A DNA stretch of 63,977 nucleotides, counting the filler, from Sphacelaria rigidula (taxonomy: Eukaryota): assembly GCA_964200075.2 (NCBI GenBank). It is 3 parts of 3 records of this genome, joined end to end, with 100 filler letters (N's around TTAATTAATTAA, not from the genome) between each part and the next. Parts side by side here need not be neighbours in the genome. Positions count along the whole stretch, not along the records: positions 1 to 21,797 come from CAXNAA020000385.1; positions 21,898 to 43,669 come from CAXNAA020000386.1; 1 more part is not named here. One strand, written 5' to 3'. The stretch's first letter is position 1, and each line of letters starts with the position of its first letter. The notes below the pieces were generated by a model. That model did no database searches, had not been told where the DNA came from, and saw only the letters and a list, made by a program, of their open reading frames with translations. Positions 13,422 through 24,494 of the stretch are shown here, piece after piece. Both the position numbers and the translations under genes were made by a program.

Positions 13422-13819
13422 GTAAAAATTATGTTGGGGATGTCTGCTGTGATAATTTTCATCGTCTTGCTGTCGTTGGAATACTATCTCTGTTGCTTAT
13501 TTCTTATTCACCCGTACGCCTGTGCCAAGTTTATAGAGGCTTACCCAATGAGCTGTGTGTGCGTGTGTTTTTCGTCTCGAGGACCTCGAGATGTGCTGGA
13601 CTGTGCGATGAAAGATACTTCTGCGGTGGGATACAACTCAGCGCCTCTCCAGTGCGCAGAACTCGTGGCTCGAAAGTCGTACTCGTAGATTCCTTCTCTC
13701 GTTGGCTGTATCAAAGGTGCGCTGTGCACCGCCTACTACTACTAAAGAATGTCGTGTGATCTATCCTTGCGCCTAATGTCCGCTCCTCCACCCCCTTTAT
13801 GGCCGACTTCGTCTATCAG

Positions 13820-14000
13820 AGTGATCAGTGATTTCGACGAGGGGCTGCTCGATGTGGAAGCTGGGACGGGTCTACGCCAACTCTTGGCTTCCAAGCTCCA
13901 ATGCGAAGTAATGCGCGTGTCCAAGAAATTCTGCGGCTTAGAATCCGTTGGGAAACGATCATTCCGTCCCTTGCGTGGCCAAGAAGCCAGGGTTCGCTGG
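13820..14000 (+). CDS. Same gene, exon 2 (conserved domain core)
   Basis: Acceptor TCTATCAG|A; (R)VISDFDEGLLDVEAGTGLRQLLASKLQCEVMRVSKKFCGLESVGKRSFRPLRGQEARVRW; donor TGG|GTGAGC. Phases match both neighbours. Confidence 0.88.
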
Positions 14001-14525
14001 GTGAGCATCTGTTTTTATCTGCGGTGACAGTGTGGAGCACGAGAAGCATGGCACGTAGGTCGCATGTGAAGTTTTCTCTGTGGACGCCATGAAGTCAGCT
14101 GTATTGTGGCGACTTGGGAGAGGGGGGGGCATCGTCCCGTTGATGGATGGAGCCGTCTTGTGTTGGGTGTTTTTATTTTTATTTTTTTGAATGACACTAT
14201 CACGATGTACGATGCAGTTTCACCCACGCTGCAGCTCCGAACGCTCTGTCTGCCGTTGTGATTTGATCCCGACACATAACTTTGTTAAATACAGTGTCGT
14301 AATTTTTACATATGTTGGTGAGTTCACCGAGACAACGGGAGTGCGGTTGTCCTGACTGTTACGCGTTCGTGTGTTGTATGATCATGGGCAATGCTTCCAA
14401 ACGTCGACAGAGTATGTACAACTAGGTGTCGCTTGCTACACAGTACACAAAATACTGCGTATCGATTTTGACCACAACGTGCTCGATGCCGTGGGGTTCC
14501 CTCTCGCCTTTTGTCGTTCGTACAG

Positions 14526-16577
14526 GCTCAGGCGAGTCTGTTCGCCATGGAGCAAAGCTGGTTGGCGTCGTTCTTTCCGAACAACCCAGCTTCTAGAGGT
14601 GTGCATGACTCTGCGTCATCCCCACCTTTGACCGATTCCCCAGAAGGCGTCGCATACCTCGATCATGGCTCGATGTCGGGGGAGCCTGATCGCGCCGGCG
14701 GCATGGAGGGTGCTGACACGCAACGGGCGCAATGGGGACCGCCGCTCGATCGTCGGGGTGCACCGCTGGATTCGGAAAGAGAGCACTATGGTCAAAGAGA
14801 GAGGGTTGCGAGTATTGCCGCAGGGTACGCAATGGCGGGAAGCAGGGGCGCTTATTATCCGAACGCCGCGTGGGTGCCGAGTGAAACGCTGCAGGACAAG
14901 GGAGCATGGGTCCGTCTCGGCGAGCGACATCCTGATTATCATGCTGGACCTTGGTGTGGCGAGGGTGGGGACCAGCGCTGGCGTGCGCCTCCAAATGCTC
15001 CCGAACCGGCAGGCGGCATCATCGGGAATCGTGACGAGGGTTCTTGGCGCTCTGTGAGGGAACCGACAGGAGCGGTAGGGGTGGATGAGGGGCGGTCGTC
15101 ACGGCGCCACCGCCACCCGTACGGTTGGGTGCCGAGCGGTGTAGCGCACCACGGACCGGATAACCCAGAGGCGGTCGCCGGCGACCCTCGTGGGTGGCAC
15201 CCTCGACACCCGCACCACGCAGATGTTGAGCGACATCAGCGATCGTCGGGGGACTGGCAGGGAGCGCGAAACGAGCCTCTACAACTAGAGTTCGCCCGCG
15301 ACTATCGCGAACATGCAAGTGATGCAATACCGGATCGCTCACGGCAGCCACAGCTGCAGTCGCAGCCGCCCCGGCACACGGATCATGGGGACGTTCGTAA
15401 GGATAAGTCCTCGGATACGTTATACCCCATCTACTCAAAAAGGGGCAGGTACGATTCCCCTCCGGAAGAGGCGTCCAGAATGGGCGAAGAACCCGGAGCT
15501 GAATCTCGATCCCTCCCGCCGGATCCTTTCCACGGGGGTCGCGAAAGGGCACCTCCTAGACGTCAGTACTCCCCCGCTATGGTAAGTAGAGAGGACGGCG
15601 AAGGGTGCCGAGATTACGGCGGCGGTGGCGGCGACTGGCCTCATCACCGTGATTCTGACGCCTATGCCACGAGCTATGTTGCCAGTGATAACCCCAGACG
15701 CCCTGGTGTTGTCTACTACCCGGCGCATGGCCCTACGGCGGCGGTGGAGGGCAGTCGCACGGACTACCCGCGAGAAATCTACCCAGCTGAGCACCCGTAC
15801 ACCGGACATCCCGACGACCGCGAGCGCTATGACAAAAACGGAAAGAGAGGCGGGGGTGGTGCTGGATGGCGACCCGTGGGAGCCTATCCTCCGGATCAGC
15901 GCCACCCCTCGGTGGCCGCGCTTCCCCCGCACCTCCGCGTGCACAATGGCACCAGCGCGGTGTTCTTCTCGGCTCCAAACGCTGGCGTGCATTGTGCAGC
16001 AGAGCGAGGAAACCATCGAGAGCCCCCGACGAAGATGTATCCTGTGATACCCTCCACGGCAAGGACGGAAGGCGCGAGCCGACACGCCGCTGAGCGGGAG
16101 GCGGCCCAAGAGCAAACGGAACTACAGGCTAGGTGGGCTAGCAGCCCGAATGAGCGCCCCACCAAGGCTCCCCGACTCCCTGGGTTCTTTCCCCGTGAGG
16201 GGGGCGGTGGTAGTGGCGCTGGCCGCGGCCGCGGTGATGACCGCGAAGGTGGCTACCACTGCGATCGTGTCGTGCGCCCTACGGGGAGTTGGGCGGGAGA
16301 ACCAGTGCACCAGGTCATCGATGGACCACCGGGTACGAGCACGGGTAAGAGGTGGCGGTCCGAGATGGGGAGCTACCAATTTTCTGTCCCGGGGACGCCT
16401 CATGAACGCAAGAGGGTGTATCATCCGGAAGAAGATGAAAGGAGGGGCTCGTTTAGCGGGCCGGTTGGAAGAGGGGGTGTTATGTCGCCGGATGAGCGCT
16501 CCGTTTCGCGTGTTGAGAGGCAAAGCGCCGAGGTCCGCGGTGATGGTGGGCCTGGCCGTACCAATTGCCAGAGATAG
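14526..16577 (+). CDS. Same gene, exon 3 (G/P/R/H-rich disordered C-terminus)
   Basis: Acceptor TCGTACAG|GCT in phase 0; AQASLFAMEQSWLASFF closes the domain, then ~2 kb open to TAG at 16577. Joined CDS is 4215 nt (1404 aa). Confidence 0.82.
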   Translation, partial: AQASLFAMEQSWLASFFPNNPASRGVHDSASSPPLTDSPEGVAYLDHGSMSGEPDRAGGMEGADTQRAQWGPPLDRRGAPLDSEREHYGQRERVASIAAGYAMAGSRGAYYPNAAWVPSETLQDKGAWVRLGERHPDYHAGPWCGEGGDQRWRAPPNAPEPAGGIIGNRDEGSWRSVREPTGAVGVDEGRSSRRHRHPYGWVPSGVAHHGPDNPEAVAGDPRGWHPRHPHHADVERHQRSSGDWQGARNEPLQLEFARDYREHASDAIPDRSRQPQLQSQPPRHTDHGDVRKDKSSDTLYPIYSKRGRYDSPPEEASRMGEEPGAESRSLPPDPFHGGRERAPPRRQYSPAMVSREDGEGCRDYGGGGGDWPHHRDSDAYATSYVASDNPRRPGVVYYPAHGPTAAVEGSRTDYPREIYPAEHPYTGHPDDRERYDKNGKRGGGGAGWRPVGAYPPDQRHPSVAALPPHLRVHNGTSAVFFSAPNAGVHCAAERGNHREPPTKMYPVIPSTARTEGASRHAAEREAAQEQTELQARWASSPNERPTKAPRLPGFFPREGGGGSGAGRGRGDDREGGYHCDRVVRPTGSWAGEPVHQVIDGPPGTSTGKRWRSEMGSYQFSVPGTPHERKRVYHPEEDERRGSFSGPVGRGGVMSPDERSVSRVERQSAEVRGDGGPGRTNCQR

Positions 16578-19500
16578 ATCACAAGTTGTTTTTTTGTGTG
16601 TACAGTGGGCCACGGACTAAGCATGTAGATGAAAACAATAGTTGTTGTACTGGTGGAGTATATCTAAAAATGATTGTTCTCTTCTTGTCGTGCCCGTGCC
16701 CGCTAGAGTGAAGGCAGCAGTGCCACCAAATATGATAATGCACCAGTTTTGTTGCATGTACGGTTGAAGAGGAGTATTTTTTGTACCTTGACTCGTGGTG
16801 CGGAGCTTTTACTACAGTCGTGCATGTGTTTTTGAATGTTCATCTGTCGGTTGGGGATATATTACGTTATCGTACCTTACAACTTTTTTAGAAGCAGTGT
16901 GATACCGCAAAAGGTGATGGTAGGGTTGATGTCTGTTGTCGGAAAAGGAGTGAAGGAATGCTGTTGATGGATGGAATGCCGCGCTAAATGTACCCCGATC
17001 GGCCCGAATGATTTTCATGATATTTTTGGTTGCCAGCAAATCACGCGTCGGTAGACGCCAACCCATGACTTGTCGTGCCGACGCACGCTGGTGCGTGCCA
17101 GCTTGGGGCGCGGTTTTTGGAAAGTCGGGCTGGACCGCGCGTGAGCGAACTAGATTTGTCCCCCTGTGCGTTGTGGATGTGTGTGTATTTGCTGACCAGT
17201 CACTGTGTGTTTCCCGAAAATGTTGTCTAGCTGCGAGGTGTTAACTGACACTAGACCAAGGGTGTCAAGAAATGCCTTACATGCAGTCGTTAATTTTCAG
17301 AGCATTGTTCCCAAGGTGCAAGATTTGTTCTGTTTTGGCTGCTATTTGCGTCCTGCGTGCGTTGATTGTGCGTTACAATTTCGTGTGACGTACTGCTGCA
17401 CCTGAAATGTACAGACAGTATACGTTTTTTTTTTGTTTTAGCCCCGGAGAGATCAAAGAAGTTCTTGCTTGTCGTGACATCCCGCCAACTAGTTTTTCAC
17501 CACGCAGTCACGCTCTTGCTCGAGTGACTAGATCGTCACGTGGTGTGGACACTGTGTTCGGTAACGTGTTGTGCAAGCGTGTGCCGACTTCATGCACGAT
17601 GACGTTGTTACTTGTCCTTTGTTGTGTTTAGTTTCACACCGAGCGCGAAGTAATGTGCTCACCGTGAGACTGCTAGTGGGTTTATGGGCTGTGTGTGCGG
17701 GCGAGGCGGGTCGTTGTTTTATCGTGTTTGTTTGATTGCTTGGGAGGCACAGGCAAGACACTTCGTGTTGAAAACACGCCCTGAGTTAGTCTGTAGAGAA
17801 GAAAACATTAGCAAAAATTGGTTCATCCCTCTGTGTCTGTGTCTCGTGGTTCCCTGGCAAGTATCGGTTGACTGAGGAGGGCGATTAGCGATAATATGTG
17901 TCAAAAGATGCCGTGAAAAAGGTACCGGGAGGGCAGGGACGTTATGTGCCTCTCGGAAGGTGTTGTTCGTGGTTTTCGAAGTCTTGGTTGATTCGCCTTG
18001 TTGTACACATAGCTCGTGTCGGGTTGTGTTCGTATGTCTCGTTGTGTGTAAAGAATTGGATTCCCTCTCTTTGCGATATGTTACAGGCGGGCGTGTTTTG
18101 TGTTTCATTTTGTCGTCATCTTCGTCAACAAACTCGCGGGGGATAATATGGAAAAGCAACAAACAGCCCAGCTGTCAAGAAAAATGGGCTTTACTCCCCT
18201 CCTCCTGTTCGGTACATGCGTACAGCCGGAGGATGCATGCACATGGTGTAAAAGCCGTTCGCATCATGACAGCTAACTTTGTTCATGGCTACTGGGTGTG
18301 TTAAGTGCGGGTCCCGATATGGTGCGGTAGGTCGCCGGCCCCGCCATGACCGCGCTATACTGTGACCATCCACTACACTGGTAATGAGGGAAGTTGCTTG
18401 ACGTTAGTATAGCGGATCGGACATGGGACAAGTGACTTTGATTGCTCTGCGGTGAGACCCCGACTGTATTTTTCAGTAATGTGGTCGCGTTTGACGGCTC
18501 AAACCCGACGAATTTCCCGTCGTCGATGCGTGCTACAGCTGGGTATCGAAACGCGGGGAGTCAGATCAAGTCGACGTGTGCCTTGCCTTTCTTGTCGCGA
18601 CTTGCGCTCCTGTACGGCAAGCGCTGCTTCTCCGAGTTCTCGTGAAGTAAAATTTGGAAATGTCGCGTGTGCGGGCAATCGCGTTGAGCGGAGAGACTGC
18701 TTTTTTCCCTGCCGAGTGGCGAGTCGAACAAGGTCGGCACAGTACAGTACAGCACAGTGCAGTGCGGACGTTGAAACAGTCGGTTGTCAGGGATATGCTG
18801 AGCCTATCACGTTGGGTGAGAGTCCCCGTGTTGCACAGGCGGCCCCTTTGTTGCCTTTGTTGCCTCCGCTGCTGTGTGTACGTTATATCTGTCGTGTTCA
18901 TTCTCACCTGCAACTTCCCGTAGCTGAAGCATTTGGCGTTCATCCGTGGGACAAGGAGGTAATGTACTGTACCGTGTTTTCAGTATGTTGTGCTGCCCTG
19001 TATCTGAAACATTAGACCCAACAACTTGAACTTCCACGCAGTACTGGCAGTTCAAGATGTTCCCCAGCGAGAGCGCAGTGCGCGTTTCGGCTCGAATCTA
19101 CCCCGGTTCCGCCGACTCGCGCTCTTCTAGTGCGTACTTTGCCTGGGGCACTCTCTCTGCCCCCCTTTCCCGAGGGATATTGGTGTGCCTCTGTGCCTTT
19201 GGGTTGGGGCTGGGGTTGAAGGGTTACGATTAAGGTTAGATTTAGGGCTCTACAAATCAATTAGGTGTAAACCATGGGTTTTCGATGGAAGTCTCGCCAA
19301 GTCGCCTCTCATAGAAACGAACTCCTTCCCACACCGCAACTGGTGATGCTACTGCATCCATGTTGGCGTGTGTGTGTGTGTGTGTTTTCTTTCACGTTGT
19401 GTTTTCCTAGCCCAGCGATAACTGGTGATATGAAAACATTTAATCGTGCGCAAGGATGCGCGCATGCTGAGCGGGACATTTGCCGAAGGGATGGGCGTGG

Positions 19501-21120
19501 TTCACCCACGCAGAGGAAGAAAACGCGAGATGGGCCAAAAAGAGACCAAATAGCTGTCCGCGTGGCTGTCCGTGGGACGATGAAGTGCCCACGTCTGGGT
19601 ATATTCGAAGTACCGATATAACATATTTGGTGGAACAAGATAACCGTCACATTTATTGGGGGTAACGAACCACCAATTGCATGGTACGCGATCATTGAGG
19701 GCGATGTCTACACACGAAGAGGAGCTGCTAAGCGTTTGTTTGCATCGGGGATATCGGCGTTGAAGATCGGTGGCTGAGCGCTCCTGCCAGTATAGCCGAG
19801 TCATATCATGCTTACATTGCCTTGCTTTCCTCACCAACGTCTTCAACTTCAGCTCTGTTGAGGGGATGCTGCGGGGTGAATTTTCCCGGGTTCAGTCAGT
19901 GTCAGTACTTTTCCTGGCATCCATGCCAGTGCACTTTTGTGTTTCCTCCTGTTCATGTGTTCCCCCTTTCTCTACAGTTTTTTTTCTCGAGTTTCCGTTT
20001 TTTACCTTATGTATGCAGCCGCGCCCAGCCAGATCGTCTGGCAAGCTGGCGGTGAGTTTAGAATCGGTTACGGTGGAGGTGGAGAGGATTCGAATCCCGA
20101 CACATAGACTCAGCTTTTAGTGAAGAGCATCTGATGTTGAAAAAGTAAGGTTGTGAGTAGGGAAGATGTTGACGAGAGTCGAAGCGATGCGAAAGTAGTG
20201 CTGACACTATCCGCGGTGATGACAAGGGGATCCTGAAAAACGGGAATCAACACTTCCTATGGGAACGAAGAAAACTAAATGGTGCTCGGAATTGTTCGAA
20301 ATGGAATACAAAATACCCTACAGTACAGGCTGGTTCACGGAAAACCCCCCAAATTCTGTCATCAGCAAATGCCTTCTGCAATACGCATCCCATAGTCGCA
20401 TACATGGTATCATACTGACCGCAATGAACAGACGAACCGGGTGACATAACCGGATTTTTTTTAAGGCTATAGCGGTGGCGGTATGGACAAAAATGTGTCT
20501 CGACCAATCAGCGCCCTTCAAACTGTTCCGAAATTGAAAATACGAATTCCAAGCCCAATTTCCACCGAATCTTCACATGCTTCAAATAGTAGTGACCGTC
20601 ATCACCTCAAGAATCTAACGAGAGAAATGGATTCGAAAACGGTTCCAACGGGGTCGAATTTTACCCGAAACCGTAATGTTTCGGTGATGTGGAGTTTGAC
20701 GTCTTCTAATTTCTACTCATGATCCGCAGGAAAGACCCAGGGAGCCTCGTGACGACTTCCCTTGTATCTGTTGTAGAAAAGCTCAGATCATCTTCAAACT
20801 TGGCAGTTCCGTAGATATTGATGCTCCAAATGAAAAAATTATGTTCTTGGCAAGGGTTCAAAGTTTATCCGCTCTCTACCGGCTTTCGGGGGTACCAGTA
20901 CGAAGACCCCCGAAAGGCGGTGCAGAATGACTCAAAAGAAAACATATAACATGATGCGTCCCGGGATAGCCCAAGGAACACATACACGTACAATTTTTGG
21001 TGGAGAAAATCGAAAATCTCATACAGTTTTTCCTGCCTTGACGTAAATTTCACCCTAAAATATGTTTACACACTCAAACCAAGTAGTTACGAGTTTGCAC
21101 GTTTTAAGCTCACATACATC

Positions 21121-21797
21121 CTCGCACAAACGCGTAACTCTTCACGTTTATTAGGAGTTAGACTCTGAAACTTTGCACAAATATGCTATGAATCATTACG
21201 CAAGTTTCGATCAACGAGGTTTTTCTCATTCTTGATTTTTTTACCGTTTTTTGGGGGTCCTACGGGATCCAAGGCGTTTTTTCGAAGCAATCCACTCTGG
21301 GACCCCCGAAAACCGGCGCTACAGTATTTTTTTTCTTTTTTTTCGCGAACGCTCTGCCACCGAAAAACCCAAGGAAGAACCCCACAAAGTTTCGTGGCCA
21401 AACTCGATTAACTGGTGCTTGAATTTTCATGTTCCACGTCGAAAAAGGTCCGAAAACGCCATTTTCGTACTAAAATCAACTAGTTTGCCGTTGTACTGTG
21501 GCACGGCAAGGTTCATCGCACAAACGCGAAAAACTTCATGCCGTTTTAAGGAGTTAGACCCTGACATTTTGCACAGGTGTGCTATGGGTCATTACGCAAT
21601 TTTGCAAGGACGAGGTTTTTTGATTTTTTTTTTCACCGTTGTACGCGGTCCGACTGGATCGAAGTTTTCCCGACAAAACTGGGACCCCGGAAAAACGGCG
21701 AAAAACGTGAAAAAAAAACCTCGTCCTTAAAAAGTTGCGCAATGATCCATAGAACACCTGTGCAAAATTTCAGGATCTAGCTCCTTAAAACGACGTG
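21121..21797. mobile_element. MITE/foldback-like repeat truncated by the gap
   Basis: 21537-21620 is an imperfect reverse complement of 21711-21797. A direct diverged copy of the left arm lies at 21121-21250. Confidence 0.7.
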
Positions 21798-21897
21798 NNN
21801 NNNNNNNNNNNNNNNNNNNNNNNNNNNNNNNNNNNNNNNNNTTAATTAATTAANNNNNNNNNNNNNNNNNNNNNNNNNNNNNNNNNNNNNNNNNNNN
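21798..21897. other. Assembly gap with artificial six-frame-stop linker
   Basis: 100 bp of N with TTAATTAATTAA at 21842-21853; identical construct at 43670-43769. Confidence 0.95.
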
Positions 21898-23249
21898 CTG
21901 CCACTCCACTAGCAAAAGCGCCGCCACGTGTCCCAGACACTGTCACGGTGGGGGGGGGGGGGGGGGGGGGGGGGCTATAGCCTCAGACAGGTGTTCCAGG
22001 CACAAACGCCGTGAAACCGCGTGCGTTCAAACGATTTGATTGGGATGAGAGGAGTATTTGTCAGCTTCATTTTGCGGAACGCAAACTTCGACTTCTCGTC
22101 CGGGATATCTCTCGAATCCCACTCACAACTTGGACCGATACTCGTTTCCGACAAAGAGGTCGCCCAGACGTGTTCTTCACTCCCCTCATCCTTCGTGGAG
22201 GGAGGTCACAAGCCGAAATCGAGCACATGCCCCCCCCTGAACACTCACATTGCCTACGTCGTATCACCCCTTCGCTTCTAGGGCAGCACTGCCTGACGAC
22301 AACCTGCACCGAGCCAAACACGCCGACCAACAAAGCCAACGTAATTAACCAGGAACAAAAGTGTTTCGACCTGCTTTTCTGAGAGCATCGCCTCTAATCG
22401 CCCAGACACGTGTGCCAGCTCCAGCGTCAGCTCGTGCTGCGTCACCTTCGCACTGCCCAATTCCAGCAGCCCACGCGATACCATCTTGGGGTCCTGTGAT
22501 CCCGCGAGCGCCATGCGATAGTGCGCGAATTTCCGCATGCGGTAGGGGTGCGAGGACGCAGGCGTTGGGGGAGGTGTGGCGGTAGGGAGGAGGGGGGGGG
22601 GACGGTGGGGATGTACTCATGATCTTGCATGCCGTAGTCATATGACCATTGACCTCGCATCTCTACAAAGCCGGGGCGGAGCATGCCGGGTTTCCGTCGG
22701 ACCAGGCTCACAATCAATCACCAAGCGCGAAGCACCGTGGTGTGCTCAACGAATGGCATGATGGGTGAGCTGCATCCTGCTGAGATTGTTCGGCCCGAGG
22801 CCTACTAATTGTCTTGCATTTGGATGACAGTCTCCGATGAGTTGCTTCATTTTCTGGTATCACCACTCCCAGAGACAGCCATGGCTTTTACACTGCTTCA
22901 CGAGTTTCTCACCAGGTGGGGGGTACTTTGAAATTATATAGGTCAATGAAACATACACAAGGGGCTGAAGGGGGAGGTGCTCATTCATGATCCACAGGTG
23001 GCCGTGCAAAAAAACGCGGAGGAGACGGAAGACGATGCGCGGTTGGATGATGAAATAGCCTGCACCCACCATTGGATCGACAGTCGAGCACACGACATCT
23101 TGTATTTTAGCTCATTCTGCTTTGAATTTGCGTGCGTGAGCTCGAATCTCGGCATGAATCGATCCGGCAAAAACCCAATGAGGTCGAGACCATCAGGTTT
23201 GGATAACGGGACACGAGAGTATCGAGCGTTTTTTTTTTCTTCAAGTAGC

Positions 23250-23613
23250 CGGTCGCCCCGGTGGCTCAGCTGGTAACCTCGAAACCTTCTGACGGTTGGG
23301 TCGTGGGTTCCAATCTCGGAGCGATCAGGGATTTTTTCTCACACAATGCCCAAGAGTGGAGGGCAACTTTTTACTATGTCGTGGGTACACAAAACGCGAC
23401 TTCACCGCCGACGGGGGAAAGGGACTGCTGAACCTCTCTCGCGATGAAGAAGAAGGCGAGCAACGCAGAAGGAAGGTGGAGAACTAAAACGAAAAAAAAA
23501 AAAACTCATGTTTTGACCTTCCTCCTGTGTGACCTCGGTCGGTCCGCCCGCATACCGAAAGGTATAGATCGGCGTCCAGAATAAATGGGACGATAACACA
23601 CAATACACACACA
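23250..23613 (+). mobile_element. Full-length tRNA-derived SINE (~364 bp)
   Basis: Pol III A box TGGCTCAGCTGG (23262-23273), B box GGTTCCAATCT (23306-23316), unique body, (CA)n tail, exact 8-bp TSD CAAGTAGC (23242-23249 and 23614-23621). Three related copies elsewhere in the window. Confidence 0.9.
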
Positions 23614-24241
23614 CAAGTAGCATTCACGCACTATTAAACGCCTGTTACGATGGGAAGGTGCCAGCAACGTGGCTATCACCCAGCAGCCACGGTCCAGTGC
23701 ACTTCCTACTACAGAGAATACACTTGAAGTACCTAGACCTCACATCTACGCCGGCTGATGAATGCCGTATCTTGAGATCAAGGGTCGCAGTTAGCACCCG
23801 AGTCTCCCGCCTCGTGCTCTCCAACTCTGCTGTTCGCGCACTGAGCTCTTGGGTCTTGGAGTCCAGCTGACACACCAAGATGATGGGGGATGAATACGGA
23901 CGGAACCGCTTCGTTCAAGGAGGGCAAGCTGGGTGGACATGCAGACAAACCCGCTCACCGAACGCTGCAGTAAGACAGGCGTGTGGAGAATGTTCGACAC
24001 TTTGTACGATGCTTTTGGAGTATTCTCTGTCTTGCCTCCCAGACACAGGATGATCGTTTTCGAGCGAACAGTATTGCAGGACCGGCCATTTTTTATCCCC
24101 CATCCATCATTAGTCAAACGACTAAGGCAAGCAACAAATGAGTACGCCCCCTCCCTGTTCATCATTATTTTGTTGTTGTTTGTTTGTTTGTTTGTTTGTT
24201 TGTTCGTTGTTGCTGTTGTAATTTTTATGCCGGTTGACAGC

Positions 24242-24478
24242 TGCCGAGATAGCCCCCCCCCAAAACCGGCCAAAAACGTGCACGGAGGCGATGATCAAAA
24301 CTGCCGTTAAAGCTGGTTTCGTGCTGCACGACGCGACTGATTTGGGCGTTCTAGCTGATTTCGGGCTGCTACACGCCTCTCATGTGGGCGACATTGCTGC
24401 AAACGACTCCAATAGTGTTATCGCAGCCGGTTCGTTGGATGGTGCCGGTGCACTTTTTGTGGGGGGGCTATCTCGGCA
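24242..24478. mobile_element. MITE-like element
   Basis: Terminal inverted repeat TGCCGAGATAGCCCCCCC / GGGGGGGCTATCTCGGCA; no TSD seen. Confidence 0.6.
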
Positions 24479-24494
24479 TTAGTCCGAGCAGATG

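Noticed and set aside
11286..16620. Numerous antisense and alternate-frame ORFs overlapping the large gene
   Set aside because: Shadow ORFs of GC-rich coding exons with no independent motifs.
19200..19250. Interstitial telomere-like tract (GGGTTGGGG..AGGGTTA..TTTAGGG)
   Set aside because: Too short and degenerate to call.
21842..21853. TTAATTAATTAA palindrome (also 43714-43725)
   Set aside because: Centred in identical 100-bp N gaps; a synthetic six-frame-stop scaffold linker.
23250..23330. Functional tRNA gene
   Set aside because: A and B boxes are present, but there is no intact cloverleaf or anticodon arm. It continues into a repeated body with tail and TSD, so it is a SINE head.
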